In this document: one piece after another, positions 55,278-64,000 of the stretch
How the letters are laid out: every line of letters begins with the position of its first letter
Numbering within the stretch: the first letter of the stretch is position 1
Source: a virus
Lineage: Duplodnaviria; Caudoviricetes
Virus record (IMG/VR): IMGVR_UViG_3300035696_000004
Location: 128,001 to 192,000 of that record
Strand: one strand, 5' to 3'
Length of the DNA stretch: 64,000 bases
The notes under the pieces: generated by a model
The model's input: the letters and a program-made list of their open reading frames with translations, nothing else
The model's database searches: none
What the model was told of the DNA's origin: nothing
Position numbers and translations under genes: made by a program

Positions 55278-56858
55278 TTATTCACGGTTAAGTTCAGTCA
55301 CCCGAACCTGTGCATCCAGCTCATAACCGAGCACGAGGTGGGTCTTGATCACTTGCCCGGCATCGTCTACGATCTTGAAGTAGACTTCAGCATTACCGAG
55401 CTCAAGACCGATCAGTCCCTTTGCCTGGACGAAGAGCTTGTCGGACCCCGGTATTTCAAATACATGATCAAGAGTCAAGGTCCGGTAGTTTCCGACCGGG
55501 TCTTGAATAAATTCCCCAGAGACTTGGTATCTCGAAACCTCTCCGGTATCCGCCAAGACATCGATAGCTTTCAGCCGGATCGGTTGTTCGAGTGCCATTT
55601 CGTAGGGCTCGCGGATTACCCCAACACTTGCCAGACCAAGAAGGTTCGTCTTCGAGTTGGCTTTGAGCGGTTTGGTCGGAACAACCCCACCAACAGCATT
55701 CATGACATGCTTAACTGGGATAGCGTCCACGAAATGATGCGCAGAGATCTCCTGATAGTACGGGATGAACTCCACGATTTCCGAATCCGTCAGCCGCACA
55801 TACCGCGGCTCAATTAACGCCGGTTTGGATTCGTTGTGCAACACGGGTTCGAACGTGACTCTTCGCGCCGACAGATTGTAGCCCGCGACCACGAGGTTGT
55901 CCTCAGTGGGTAGAGCTTCAAACTTCATCTCGAGATCGCCGGTTTCGAGATTCAGTTCCCCATCCACATAAACATCGACCGTTTTGAATTGACCATCGAT
56001 CAACAGTGCAGAAGGGCGACCGTAATGCAGTTCCAGTGTTTTGAACTCATGGTTCGCACTGAAAACGAACTGACTCGCGGCGAGATCGTCGGTATGGCTG
56101 ATCTTGAAAAACGGACCCGTCTCCTCGTGACCTTTCTTCGAAAGGTAGAGGGTTTTGAGTCTGACTGACGGATCAACTTGATCGCCAACAGATACCGCCC
56201 CAGAATCAATCAGCTCTTGGGTCTGAGAGATCGCGAGGAGATTCACTTTTACGCCGGCTTTCAAGGGCCGGGTCGTTATTGGCTTATCGGAACCCTCGAT
56301 GAATACCACGGATTGCTCGGAGTTAGCCAGGAGGTGACCGTCGTGTTCCGGATTCCAGATAGCGTGCAACTCTTTTGCTGTGACTCGGATATACGATTGA
56401 TGATTGACCCACTTTGCCATATCTGGCCTGTAATCCCGCACCTCATCCCAGGTAGGGTCCAACACCACCTTGTGCTCTTTGGCAACTTCATGCAGCGCAT
56501 CCGACCAGCCGTCGGGGTGTTTGCGGTCCTCAGAGACCACAGCGGGGATAACAACCGGTGCTCCTTCGACCATGGCACGATAGATCAGATAGCACCGCGT
56601 GTCTTTACTGATGGTTTTGTGGAGTGCTTCCATTTCGCCTTCGAACATCCAGTCCGGGATCTTCCCTTCGATCCGACCCAAATGTTTGAGTAGTTCGCTG
56701 AGTGTCCGGCACCCGAGATCGAAAGCGGTCATGATGTTTCGAGCAAGCCCCGAATACATTTCTTCTGTCGGGACCAGCGGAACGAGTTTCAGATTGCTGG
56801 ATTCACACACCAGATGGTCTCCTACGAGGTTGCCGAAGTTGTCGGTGATATTAGTCAT
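55278..56858 (-). CDS. Protein with two tandem major-capsid-protein insertion-domain-like repeats
   Basis: TTRPLKAGVKVNLL...DQVDPSVRLKTLYL...GYNL and PTKPLKANSKTNLL...PIRLKAI...GYEL; both resemble a recalled phiKZ gp120 segment (TTAPLKANVRLDLM...DTIDPAGRLKNLFV...IGFELD). Confidence 0.6.
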   Translation of the reverse strand: MTNITDNFGNLVGDHLVCESSNLKLVPLVPTEEMYSGLARNIMTAFDLGCRTLSELLKHLGRIEGKIPDWMFEGEMEALHKTISKDTRCYLIYRAMVEGAPVVIPAVVSEDRKHPDGWSDALHEVAKEHKVVLDPTWDEVRDYRPDMAKWVNHQSYIRVTAKELHAIWNPEHDGHLLANSEQSVVFIEGSDKPITTRPLKAGVKVNLLAISQTQELIDSGAVSVGDQVDPSVRLKTLYLSKKGHEETGPFFKISHTDDLAASQFVFSANHEFKTLELHYGRPSALLIDGQFKTVDVYVDGELNLETGDLEMKFEALPTEDNLVVAGYNLSARRVTFEPVLHNESKPALIEPRYVRLTDSEIVEFIPYYQEISAHHFVDAIPVKHVMNAVGGVVPTKPLKANSKTNLLGLASVGVIREPYEMALEQPIRLKAIDVLADTGEVSRYQVSGEFIQDPVGNYRTLTLDHVFEIPGSDKLFVQAKGLIGLELGNAEVYFKIVDDAGQVIKTHLVLGYELDAQVRVTELNRE

Positions 56859-57049
56859 TTTTCATCTCTCCTGATCGACTCCTTTATAAGGGGGTCGCAT
56901 TTCTTGCACAAGTATCGATTTACTCCGCCCATGAAAATAGCACCACACCCGCTACACTTATTCATGGAGTCGCCATTTTCATACTCGAAATCTTCCTCGT
57001 AGTCGTGTCCCGGATTACGAGGCGTATTGTTCGTTGCTGTCAGCGCCAT
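56855..57049 (-). CDS. Small zinc-ribbon protein
   Basis: CSGC-x12-CKKC; coupled to the downstream gene by ATGA. Confidence 0.65.
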   Translation of the reverse strand: MALTATNNTPRNPGHDYEEDFEYENGDSMNKCSGCGAIFMGGVNRYLCKKCDPLIKESIRRDEK

Positions 57050-57091
57050 TTCACCGTCCTAATCGTATAGACAATCTTTTTGGCCTGGGTC

Positions 57092-58189
57092 ATGTACAAC
57101 ATCTTCAATTTGATGCCTGGCGCATCGCTACCGGTTCTGTATGCTCAGAACTGGAACACCGTAAGCGCCGGACTTAGGCGCAATATCGAAACCGTCACGA
57201 ATTACTACCATGATAATCCGATGGCCGTACAAGGCGATCATTTTCTGGTGCGTTTACTTGGTACATTGGATATTCCATTGGCGTTAAATATCTACAGGTT
57301 TTACGATTACCTCTCGTACTCCTCGTTGGATTTGTCAATGGCGTTGAAGATGACTTCCTCTATTTATAAAGGAAGTGTCTTTAATGGTGTCTTTTATGGA
57401 CCCGGTACGACTGAGGTCTTAATCGCTCATAGCGAGGACTTTGATCCTGTTGATGCTGAGCGTAACTGGGAGACCTTAAAGCCCATCAGGGTGCTGCGCC
57501 ATCCTCGCAGTGACCTGATGATGAATATCTTGGACGGTTCCCATACAAGCCGAGAAACTGGGTTCGCTGTCATCGCGATTAATATCCCGATGTTGGCTAT
57601 TCAATTTCGAGCGTTCCTGAAGCGGGAAGAAGAGATTGCTGAAAAGACGGGGGACTCGACCTACTCTGTCCTTCACTATGTCCGAATGTATGCACTACCC
57701 AGCATGATTGAGAGTCATTTGGATTATGTGCTATTTAATAGGATCAACAACCTATTAAATGGTCGTGACAATCACAGGAGCCTCAAGAAACATTCCTTTG
57801 TGATTCCCGACTACTCGGATCGACTGGATGCCATTCAAATGGTCATCTTGAGGAATCTGGCTCATGTCGGAAAGACCTTCACGGGTATTCTGAGAAATGT
57901 GCCTGCGCTGAGTCGCAAGGATATGGACCAAGTCATGCTCGTACCCGATATGGCTTTGACTCGGCAGGTTCTCTGGGCGTTGAGTGTATCTCGATTCCCT
58001 GCCATTGATTTCATGCTGACGGCATCCAGGGAACGCCCCGATACTCGAAATGGTCAAGAGATCAATCGTTTACTCCAAGCGCTGCGCAATATCAAGACCA
58101 GTAATCTGATCACCTCTGTGCTTCCTAGCCAGATCAGTGATCTGCTTCAAGACGAGATGGACACCATTAGCCGAAAGCTCAGGTCATAA
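57092..58189 (+). CDS. Virion/head structural protein (phiKZ gp52-like)
   Basis: ~365 aa; GLRRNIETV..YY...HFLVRLL and GVFYG..T.EVLI motifs; start uncertain. Confidence 0.7.
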   Translation: MYNIFNLMPGASLPVLYAQNWNTVSAGLRRNIETVTNYYHDNPMAVQGDHFLVRLLGTLDIPLALNIYRFYDYLSYSSLDLSMALKMTSSIYKGSVFNGVFYGPGTTEVLIAHSEDFDPVDAERNWETLKPIRVLRHPRSDLMMNILDGSHTSRETGFAVIAINIPMLAIQFRAFLKREEEIAEKTGDSTYSVLHYVRMYALPSMIESHLDYVLFNRINNLLNGRDNHRSLKKHSFVIPDYSDRLDAIQMVILRNLAHVGKTFTGILRNVPALSRKDMDQVMLVPDMALTRQVLWALSVSRFPAIDFMLTASRERPDTRNGQEINRLLQALRNIKTSNLITSVLPSQISDLLQDEMDTISRKLRS

Positions 58190-58191
58190 CG

Positions 58192-58213
58192 CCCCGGGGC
58201 AAATGCCCCGGGG
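58192..58213. terminator. Bidirectional stem-loop between convergent genes
   Basis: CCCCGGGGC-aaat-GCCCCGGGG; flanked by CATA and TATGCC. Confidence 0.7.
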
Positions 58214-58223
58214 TCTATGCCGT

Positions 58224-58385
58224 CTAGTGGCCGTAATTGAAGCCGATGACGAATCGTTTGCCTGTCACTGTGTTCTCTACCTTTCGATCAATGAAACCGC
58301 AGCAGCCCTGCGCGAGGGCTCGACTGTACGCTTCCGAAGGCTTGTTATTTCCATCGAGTCTCGAGTTAAACGTGAACTCGCTCAT
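58224..58385 (-). CDS. Small protein (53 aa) with GCCG...IGFNYGH motif, absent from the ORF track
   Basis: GAGGA before ATG 58385; MSEFTFNSRLDGNNKPSEAYSRALAQGCCGFIDRKVENTVTGKRFVIGFNYGH; fills the gap between the polymerase gene and the hairpin. Confidence 0.7.
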   Translation of the reverse strand: MSEFTFNSRLDGNNKPSEAYSRALAQGCCGFIDRKVENTVTGKRFVIGFNYGH

Positions 58386-58388
58386 GGG

Positions 58389-60527
58389 TCAATCCTCAAA
58401 CATGTAGTCGTAATCGCTTACCAGACGTGTCAGCTTCTTGTTGTCCATGTAAACACCTAGTGACTCCAGGATGATATAAAAAACCGAGCACGTGTCATGC
58501 ACCAACTTACGAATACCGGCGGCTTCGAGGATCTCTTTTGGCATCCCTTTGCTCGAGACGATCTGGTCCGGAACATACAGGGTACCAATGTAGTTTTTCT
58601 TGTTCCGTTCGATCCATTCGGTAAATCGTTTTGCTAAGTCACGGTCTTCCATATTGGCGATCCATTCCCGAGTCTTTGCGGAAGAGTTCACAATGGTGGT
58701 GACTTTACGACACGTGTACGGTGGAGGATCCACAAAACCATACTTCGGGCCAAATACATCGTTCCAAAGCGTGTAGTGTGCGTAATTGGATTCCGTCTCA
58801 CCTTTAGTGTAGGCCTCAGCGGGTTTGATCTGAGCGCGACGTAAAAACGTCGTGCTGCCTTTTTCAATATCGGCAATCATAGCTCGCTCGGTCTCACAGA
58901 TATGTTTCAGAATCGCTTTGATCTTGATCTTCTCACCATTGATGATTGACATCATTATATTTGACATCATTTTCTTCGCATCTTTGATGATCTCTACCGG
59001 AGCATTGGAAGACTTCAGATGCACACCTTTGATTTCCTCCTTGAACTTTCCGAACACATTCCCTTCTTGGCAACTGATGAGTGCAAAGTAGTGCTTTGCG
59101 ACTTGTGTCGTAACAAAGGCATCAAACTTGAACTCATTCTTCATGGCGATCTGATGCAGGCGCTTCTTCTCAACACCGAAGTTAGCGGACATCTTTGCCA
59201 GGATGTGCGTGATGGTCTGCGATGCGAGCCAAATCATCGTAGCGGCAGTAGCCATACAGGGTTGATCAAAACCAATTTGACCACGATGCCATTCTACCCA
59301 GTCCTGAACTGTGAAGATGGTCGAGTCTGTGTCAGAGGTCACTGCGCAACGACGTACACTGCGCGGAAACCAACCGACAGAAGCGGGGACATTGTCTGTA
59401 ACCCAGAACGCTCGGATGAAATCACTATACCCGCTGATGGTTCCCCAAGCATTTTCGACCGTGGCTGCAATCAGCTGTTCCGTCTCCGTCCCAACGATCT
59501 CCTTCTCTTCTTTACCTTTGGTCTCTTCGCAGCAAATCTGAACAGCCAGGATTTTGTAATCCTCATGGCGACTCTTAATGACTTCGCTTGGCTTCTCAAA
59601 TGTGCCCGTCCCTTTAGCCGTCAGTTTATCCAGGAAGGTTCTGACGAATTCAGGGTTAAAGACGCGCAGGAAGTACATGTCACCCACGTACACGAAAGCC
59701 GAGCGTTCGATATCGTTGAGTTTTCCGATATAGTTCTCAATCTTCTGCATCGCGACCCGGTTCCGCCAGTACAGTTTGGCAGAGTACTTGATGCAGTCGA
59801 CTGTTTCCTTTACCGAAGGTGCGCGGATACCGTACTTGATCATCACACGTTCGAGTTCAACCAGATCCGTTTGGGTAATGATGGACGTGATATTATTCGT
59901 AACGATCTCGGGCGACCAATAATGCCGGTTGCCGCAGAGGAACTTTTCGTTGTTCGCATTGCCATACCCTGAGGTAGACCGGCAATTTGATGTCAACGTG
60001 TTGTGGGCAGTCTTGTTGTACAACGGTGTCGATGGCGTGACGTGTCCACCAGAGATAGCATTGTTCCCGAGCTTCTTGTTGTTTTGCTCGTGATTCTTGA
60101 TATCTTCCAGTTCCTTGTTCTTAGCCATCTTGGCAGCGAACATTTCTTTCTTTGCCTTTTTACGGGCAGCTACGCCATCATCGATATACAAGCTTAGCAA
60201 CGACTGTTTGACGGTGCAGTTCAGATACGTCGTCAGCGTCGGCGCAATCAGATCACCATTATTGATAGCACCTCGAATGTACCCCCAGAGCGTTCCTTCC
60301 TTGACTTCACGGTCCCCGTTCTCTTGGCGCTCCAAATACATGACATTCGGATCTTTGAAAGGGCGTTCGCCGGTAGGGGAAAGCAAATTCTTGATATGGT
60401 TCTGGCAATCCTCAAGAGGTCTGCCTGTCATTTTGTGCAAATACAGAGAACCTTGCTTGAGATAGTGGTTGAGGATACCAATATCTCGAGTATAGTCCTC
60501 TGATGCTAATACGAATGGGTTATCCAT
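58389..60527 (-). CDS. Split family-B DNA polymerase, polymerase subunit (phiKZ gp50-like)
   Basis: KLGNNAISG (motif B) and SDTDSTIF (motif C); KGVHLKSS. Confidence 0.88.
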   Translation of the reverse strand: MDNPFVLASEDYTRDIGILNHYLKQGSLYLHKMTGRPLEDCQNHIKNLLSPTGERPFKDPNVMYLERQENGDREVKEGTLWGYIRGAINNGDLIAPTLTTYLNCTVKQSLLSLYIDDGVAARKKAKKEMFAAKMAKNKELEDIKNHEQNNKKLGNNAISGGHVTPSTPLYNKTAHNTLTSNCRSTSGYGNANNEKFLCGNRHYWSPEIVTNNITSIITQTDLVELERVMIKYGIRAPSVKETVDCIKYSAKLYWRNRVAMQKIENYIGKLNDIERSAFVYVGDMYFLRVFNPEFVRTFLDKLTAKGTGTFEKPSEVIKSRHEDYKILAVQICCEETKGKEEKEIVGTETEQLIAATVENAWGTISGYSDFIRAFWVTDNVPASVGWFPRSVRRCAVTSDTDSTIFTVQDWVEWHRGQIGFDQPCMATAATMIWLASQTITHILAKMSANFGVEKKRLHQIAMKNEFKFDAFVTTQVAKHYFALISCQEGNVFGKFKEEIKGVHLKSSNAPVEIIKDAKKMMSNIMMSIINGEKIKIKAILKHICETERAMIADIEKGSTTFLRRAQIKPAEAYTKGETESNYAHYTLWNDVFGPKYGFVDPPPYTCRKVTTIVNSSAKTREWIANMEDRDLAKRFTEWIERNKKNYIGTLYVPDQIVSSKGMPKEILEAAGIRKLVHDTCSVFYIILESLGVYMDNKKLTRLVSDYDYMFED

Positions 60528-60590
60528 TTTCTGTCCCCTTTATGCACAACATGAGTCAGCAATATAAAAAATTAAATGAGGGCATAAAAA

Positions 60591-60608
60591 GCGAGGCGTT
60601 AGCCTCGC
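60591..60608 (-). terminator. Stem-loop terminator
   Basis: GCGAGGC-gtta-GCCTCGC with U5 on the minus strand. Confidence 0.6.
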
Positions 60609-60640
60609 TCAAATAAAGAAAAAAAGAATAAGAAAAAATA

Positions 60641-60960
60641 GGAGAGACCCGAAGGTCTCTCCCGTAACTTCCAGCGAACCCCATCACTAAGTTGAAACAG
60701 CCAGGCAGAGATCAACCAAGGAACTCACGAAAGGGGGGAACGTGAGCCAGTATCGTCCGGTGCGTGACGGACAACTGTTTAATCCCGATTAGACCTCAAA
60801 GTCCGCCGCTAAACAAGGTATGGAAAACAGCGCACCAACCTGGCGTTCAACAAAACAACTCCTTGGTTCCCACCAAAGTTCACACTAACCTTCCGCGATG
60901 ACTCAGCGTACCAATCAGTGTAAGGACCGTTGCGTGCCCTTCCTCAAACAATTAGACAGA
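60641..60960 (-). ncRNA. Candidate structured non-coding RNA ending in an intrinsic terminator
   Basis: ~320 nt without an ORF of 60 aa or more; several local and long-range stems; GGAGAGACC-uucg-GGUCUCUCC plus U-tract at the 3' end. Confidence 0.4.
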
Positions 60961-61004
60961 ATGATAAAAAATCACCCGCCTAATCTACTCTCCACACAGT
61001 ATAT

Positions 61005-61409
61005 CTAACTCGATACCGTGAGTGTGACGGAAGTGAAGCCGTTTGCACTCAAAGCGTTCTTGATATCGGTCAGCTGATCCGGTGTGACATTCCCGATGAC
61101 AGCCGTGATGGTCTTCATCGAGTAAACCACAATCGATGAAGCATTGACCCATGGCACGCCTAGATATTCGATGTTTCCATTGGCGTGTTTGATCTTCAGC
61201 CAGTTGTACTGGGTCGGATCGTCGGGTGTACCAGAAGGCAGATACGGATACATCCGGGTGTGTTCGGCGTAGGTGTCCGTAAAGAGATTGGCGGTCGCCT
61301 GGTCAAAGACGGCCATGACGGTAACGCCGGTGTAGTCTGTGCCGAGTAAGGTGGAAGGGTATACGCCAAACGTATACGCGGTTCCTACCTGAAAATCATA
61401 CGCTGCCAT
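61005..61409 (-). CDS. Conserved chimallivirus small protein, possibly virion-associated
   Basis: 134 aa; AGGAG RBS; YP..LLG...H...YPYLP..TPDDP..Y pattern. Confidence 0.75.
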   Translation of the reverse strand: MAAYDFQVGTAYTFGVYPSTLLGTDYTGVTVMAVFDQATANLFTDTYAEHTRMYPYLPSGTPDDPTQYNWLKIKHANGNIEYLGVPWVNASSIVVYSMKTITAVIGNVTPDQLTDIKNALSANGFTSVTLTVSS

Positions 61410-61442
61410 GGCGGCTCCTGTATTGAATGTATGTTTCTAAAT

Positions 61443-61805
61443 CTACGCGAGTGACCTCACGACGATATCACCCCCCTCGAGAAGCTCATGAAAAGCAAAC
61501 ATCAACGAGGGTTCGCCGTCTTCATCAATCGAAAATGCGTTGAGGTCATTCAAATGGTCATATAAATTCAGGGCGACGCTTTGTGCGCTCGCTACCATTT
61601 GGGCGACTTCTTCATCAGGTGCCGGATTCAAGATGAGTTTGTCAAAATTCGGAAACTGATCTAAAATGACGTCCTTGAAGTTGTTCAAATGGAAAACCAT
61701 CAAATCAAAAATCTGCATGATGATCTCGACGACGTCGTCGTCCGTCAGACATTGGCAATCACACAGAATCTCCACGGCTTCTTTACTGTCTAAAATGAGG
61801 AGCAC
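61443..61805 (-). CDS. Acidic hypothetical protein
   Basis: 120 aa; GTG start overlapping the upstream stop. Confidence 0.65.
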   Translation of the reverse strand: MLLILDSKEAVEILCDCQCLTDDDVVEIIMQIFDLMVFHLNNFKDVILDQFPNFDKLILNPAPDEEVAQMVASAQSVALNLYDHLNDLNAFSIDEDGEPSLMFAFHELLEGGDIVVRSLA

Positions 61806-62257
61806 GATACATTCCTTAATCGATTGTGAGGAATCCTCGACAACACAATGATTTCGTCGTTATGGAAGTAATAGAGGTACGGAAAGTATTTATCGTTTCT
61901 CACATGAGTGAGGGGGTCGTCGTAGCCCCGTATTGTTTTTATCGTGTACGCTAATTCTTCCATCCCTTTAATGATCTCGTCGTAAAACGAATCAAAGATT
62001 TTATTCAACGCCTCACTGTTGAATAAACTAGGGTCACGTACTTTGTATTTCAATGTATCAACTGCCAACCCTACCGCCGCTTTGAGGGATGCGGTGTGGT
62101 CTTCAAACACGATGGCTGAAACAAACTGGTCGAGGAGAGCAGCTTGATCAAACGAGTGATAACGACTGAGGTGTCGAAATACCCACATAAGGCCCGCCGG
62201 CATATCGAAAACGATATGCTTGGGCGGGAATTTACGGTCGGATTCGAGTACTGGCAT
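61790..62257 (-). CDS. Hypothetical protein
   Basis: 155 aa in an overlapping operon. Confidence 0.65.
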   Translation of the reverse strand: MPVLESDRKFPPKHIVFDMPAGLMWVFRHLSRYHSFDQAALLDQFVSAIVFEDHTASLKAAVGLAVDTLKYKVRDPSLFNSEALNKIFDSFYDEIIKGMEELAYTIKTIRGYDDPLTHVRNDKYFPYLYYFHNDEIIVLSRIPHNRLRNVSCSSF

Positions 62258-62666
62258 GGATAATCAAACTCGTGTCTAGCCATTCCACATAATGCGGATC
62301 AATGAAGAATGGCTTTGTGTTGAACAATTGGTCCATCATTGATTTCACGTGGGATTCAATCTCGGTTACAGCATGCTCGACATTCGAGAGTTCAGAGAGC
62401 GCATAAGCTTGTTCTGCGGCGGTCACCTCTTCAAAATCGTATTGAGAATCGCAATATCGTTCTACGACTTCTTGCATGACAAGAGACCGCACCTCGAGTC
62501 CAGTGAAGTGCGTCTCTTCTATTTTTATCTTGGCCCAGTCTCGTGATTGAGAATGGACCGACCACTGAATGACATCACGAATTCCGTCGTCCAGGAACGC
62601 AAGCAAACGCTGCGAACCTGAGCAGGCTTTTATGATGTCATCTGTGGGAAGAATGATTCGGGGCAT
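62232..62666 (-). CDS. Hypothetical protein
   Basis: 144 aa; GGAG RBS. Confidence 0.65.
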   Translation of the reverse strand: MPRIILPTDDIIKACSGSQRLLAFLDDGIRDVIQWSVHSQSRDWAKIKIEETHFTGLEVRSLVMQEVVERYCDSQYDFEEVTAAEQAYALSELSNVEHAVTEIESHVKSMMDQLFNTKPFFIDPHYVEWLDTSLIIHASTRIRP

Positions 62667-63039
62667 CTGGAAACTCCACCGTAATCACCAGATCAAAGAC
62701 ATTCTCGATCGCAGCTGCCTTGATCATCGGGTCATTGAATCGGATCCCTGGGATGAGATACGCGATGTTTTCAATCAAGATCCCATAGGCGTTATGCACG
62801 CTATCGTGCGCGTCCTCAGGAGGGAAACCATGCGATTCAAGAATCGATTTAGACTCTTCCAGAAACACCCGGGTACCTTCTGAGCCCAATGTCTTCTGGA
62901 ATATGTCGTTAACAATAGCCTGAACGACAGACTGGACCGGGTCATGATCGGCGAATTCGGGATCTGACGAAATCGTTTTCGCCCGTTCATTGATCACATT
63001 GAAGATTTCTGAGCACGAGATGACAAACTGTGTTTTCAT
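62638..63039 (-). CDS. Hypothetical protein
   Basis: ATG 63039 in an ATGA overlap with the upstream stop. Confidence 0.65.
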   Translation of the reverse strand: MKTQFVISCSEIFNVINERAKTISSDPEFADHDPVQSVVQAIVNDIFQKTLGSEGTRVFLEESKSILESHGFPPEDAHDSVHNAYGILIENIAYLIPGIRFNDPMIKAAAIENVFDLVITVEFPDAPNHSSHR

Positions 63040-63764
63040 GCTTTCCATTCTCCTGACGCCATACGGCGTTCCCAATCGTTGATCCGATAGTCGCGGTGCC
63101 GCTCTAAATAGAGAGTACCGTTATCCATTCGGAACTGATGGACGATCCAGTGGTTTTTGCCGAGGGTATCCAAAATTTCTTTTTGTACGCCACTCATCGC
63201 ATACGTGATGTGCTCGAGTAGCTGATGGCGTTCTTCCACGAGATCCGGACAAATGCGTTCTTCTTCCGGGACCGATCGTTGGCTGGCGTAGGATAGCGCC
63301 ACCACAGGTTCGAGGATCAATGACTGATCCGGATAGACAACCTGGATAGGGTACAGGAAGTCATTGATCGCGTTGTCATGCGCATGGCAGCAGAATCGAG
63401 GTTTCTTAATCCATGCTGCATGGGAATTCAACATCACCTTCACGCAGGCAGCGATGATCTCGATTCCTCGAATCGGTCGGGTAGGGGTGTCCAGTAATTT
63501 CTTGGTTTTCGCAAGCGGTAAGATGATTTCACCGTATTCATTACGGACATCCGCAATGATCTTGCTTTTGTCGTTGATGAACCCCGCTACACCGTTTTGG
63601 TAGTAGATCGTGTTCTTCCGGATAACGGGCTCGGTACGCCCCGGAAGAAACAACCCGCAAGCCAGGTTGAGGCAATCCAGAGGAAGCAACCAACGATCTG
63701 CGACGAGTTCGATTTCACTGGCTTCTTCGTCGATGGCAAAGGAAAAGATTTTCTCGGGTGTCAT
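63036..63764 (-). CDS. Conserved chimallivirus hypothetical protein
   Basis: ATG 63764; ~242 aa; C-terminal DYRINDWERR. Confidence 0.65.
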   Translation of the reverse strand: MTPEKIFSFAIDEEASEIELVADRWLLPLDCLNLACGLFLPGRTEPVIRKNTIYYQNGVAGFINDKSKIIADVRNEYGEIILPLAKTKKLLDTPTRPIRGIEIIAACVKVMLNSHAAWIKKPRFCCHAHDNAINDFLYPIQVVYPDQSLILEPVVALSYASQRSVPEEERICPDLVEERHQLLEHITYAMSGVQKEILDTLGKNHWIVHQFRMDNGTLYLERHRDYRINDWERRMASGEWKA

Positions 63765-63783
63765 TTCTTGATGCCTTGTTGGG

Positions 63784-64000
63784 TTATGCGTAATAGTACC
63801 AGATATACAGATCCATCCCTTCGAGCGAGACTCGATTAGGTTTGGCGTTGTTATACACTTTCGGGACTTCAACAAATCCAGACACCAACCGACTCAGACT
63901 CAGACAGGTACATCGATTCTGGACTCGGTCGTAAACTTCCATCAGGGCATTCGTGACGGGGAGTTGGTTATCCGATACGAACAAATGGATCCGTTCGAGT
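63784..64000 (-). CDS. 3' part of a gene entering from beyond the window
   Basis: The frame of the 66-aa ORF stays open to the window edge (LERIHLFVSD...). Confidence 0.55.
   Translation of the reverse strand, partial: LERIHLFVSDNQLPVTNALMEVYDRVQNRCTCLSLSRLVSGFVEVPKVYNNAKPNRVSLEGMDLYIWYYYA

Noticed and set aside
11951-60527. Inteins in polymerase, helicase or RNAP genes
   Set aside because: No C/S...HN-C/S/T splice motifs or LAGLIDADG blocks seen, and protein lengths fit intein-free orthologs.
60810-60878. 22-aa plus-strand mini-ORF, and a 14-aa minus-strand one as a tmRNA tag
   Set aside because: No tRNA-like ends, no ALAA-type tag and weak initiation context; kept only as part of the ncRNA candidate.

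Overview
A 64-kb segment of a nucleus-forming, phiKZ-like jumbo phage (Chimalliviridae). Family and gene assignments come from motif recognition, recalled phiKZ proteins and synteny; no database search was run. Left to right: (1) head/virion module (paralogous internal-head proteins, gp84-gp90-like); (2) the exonuclease/motif-A half of the split family-B DNA polymerase; (3) a leftward accessory operon of small genes (14-20.7 kb) that includes proteins with an RNAP alpha-CTD-like domain and a ribosomal L7/L12-CTD-like motif; (4) a DarG-like macrodomain, and a 538-aa/129-aa gene pair joined by a candidate -1 frameshift; (5) the virion RNAP beta-prime fragment (gp80-like), a gp79-like protein with a very long acidic low-complexity arm, a degenerate GH19 and a NUDIX; (6) a second accessory block (29.5-33.8 kb) with a Q/N-rich lipoprotein and an H-NS-N-terminus/NUMOD1-like chimera; (7) the core nucleus and transcription block: SF2 helicase, non-virion RNAP subunits (two interrupted by group I introns, one with an HNH homing endonuclease, one without), PicA-like, gp68-like sigma subunit, ChmC-like, SbcD-like, and chimallin; (8) a protein made of two copies of a major-capsid-like insertion domain, the polymerase half of PolB, a ~320-nt ORF-free structured region and small conserved genes. 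A ~30-bp promoter-like motif recurs at least six times on the minus strand. No tRNA or CRISPR array was seen. The H-NS type and lipoprotein style hint at a betaproteobacterial or xanthomonad host (inference only).
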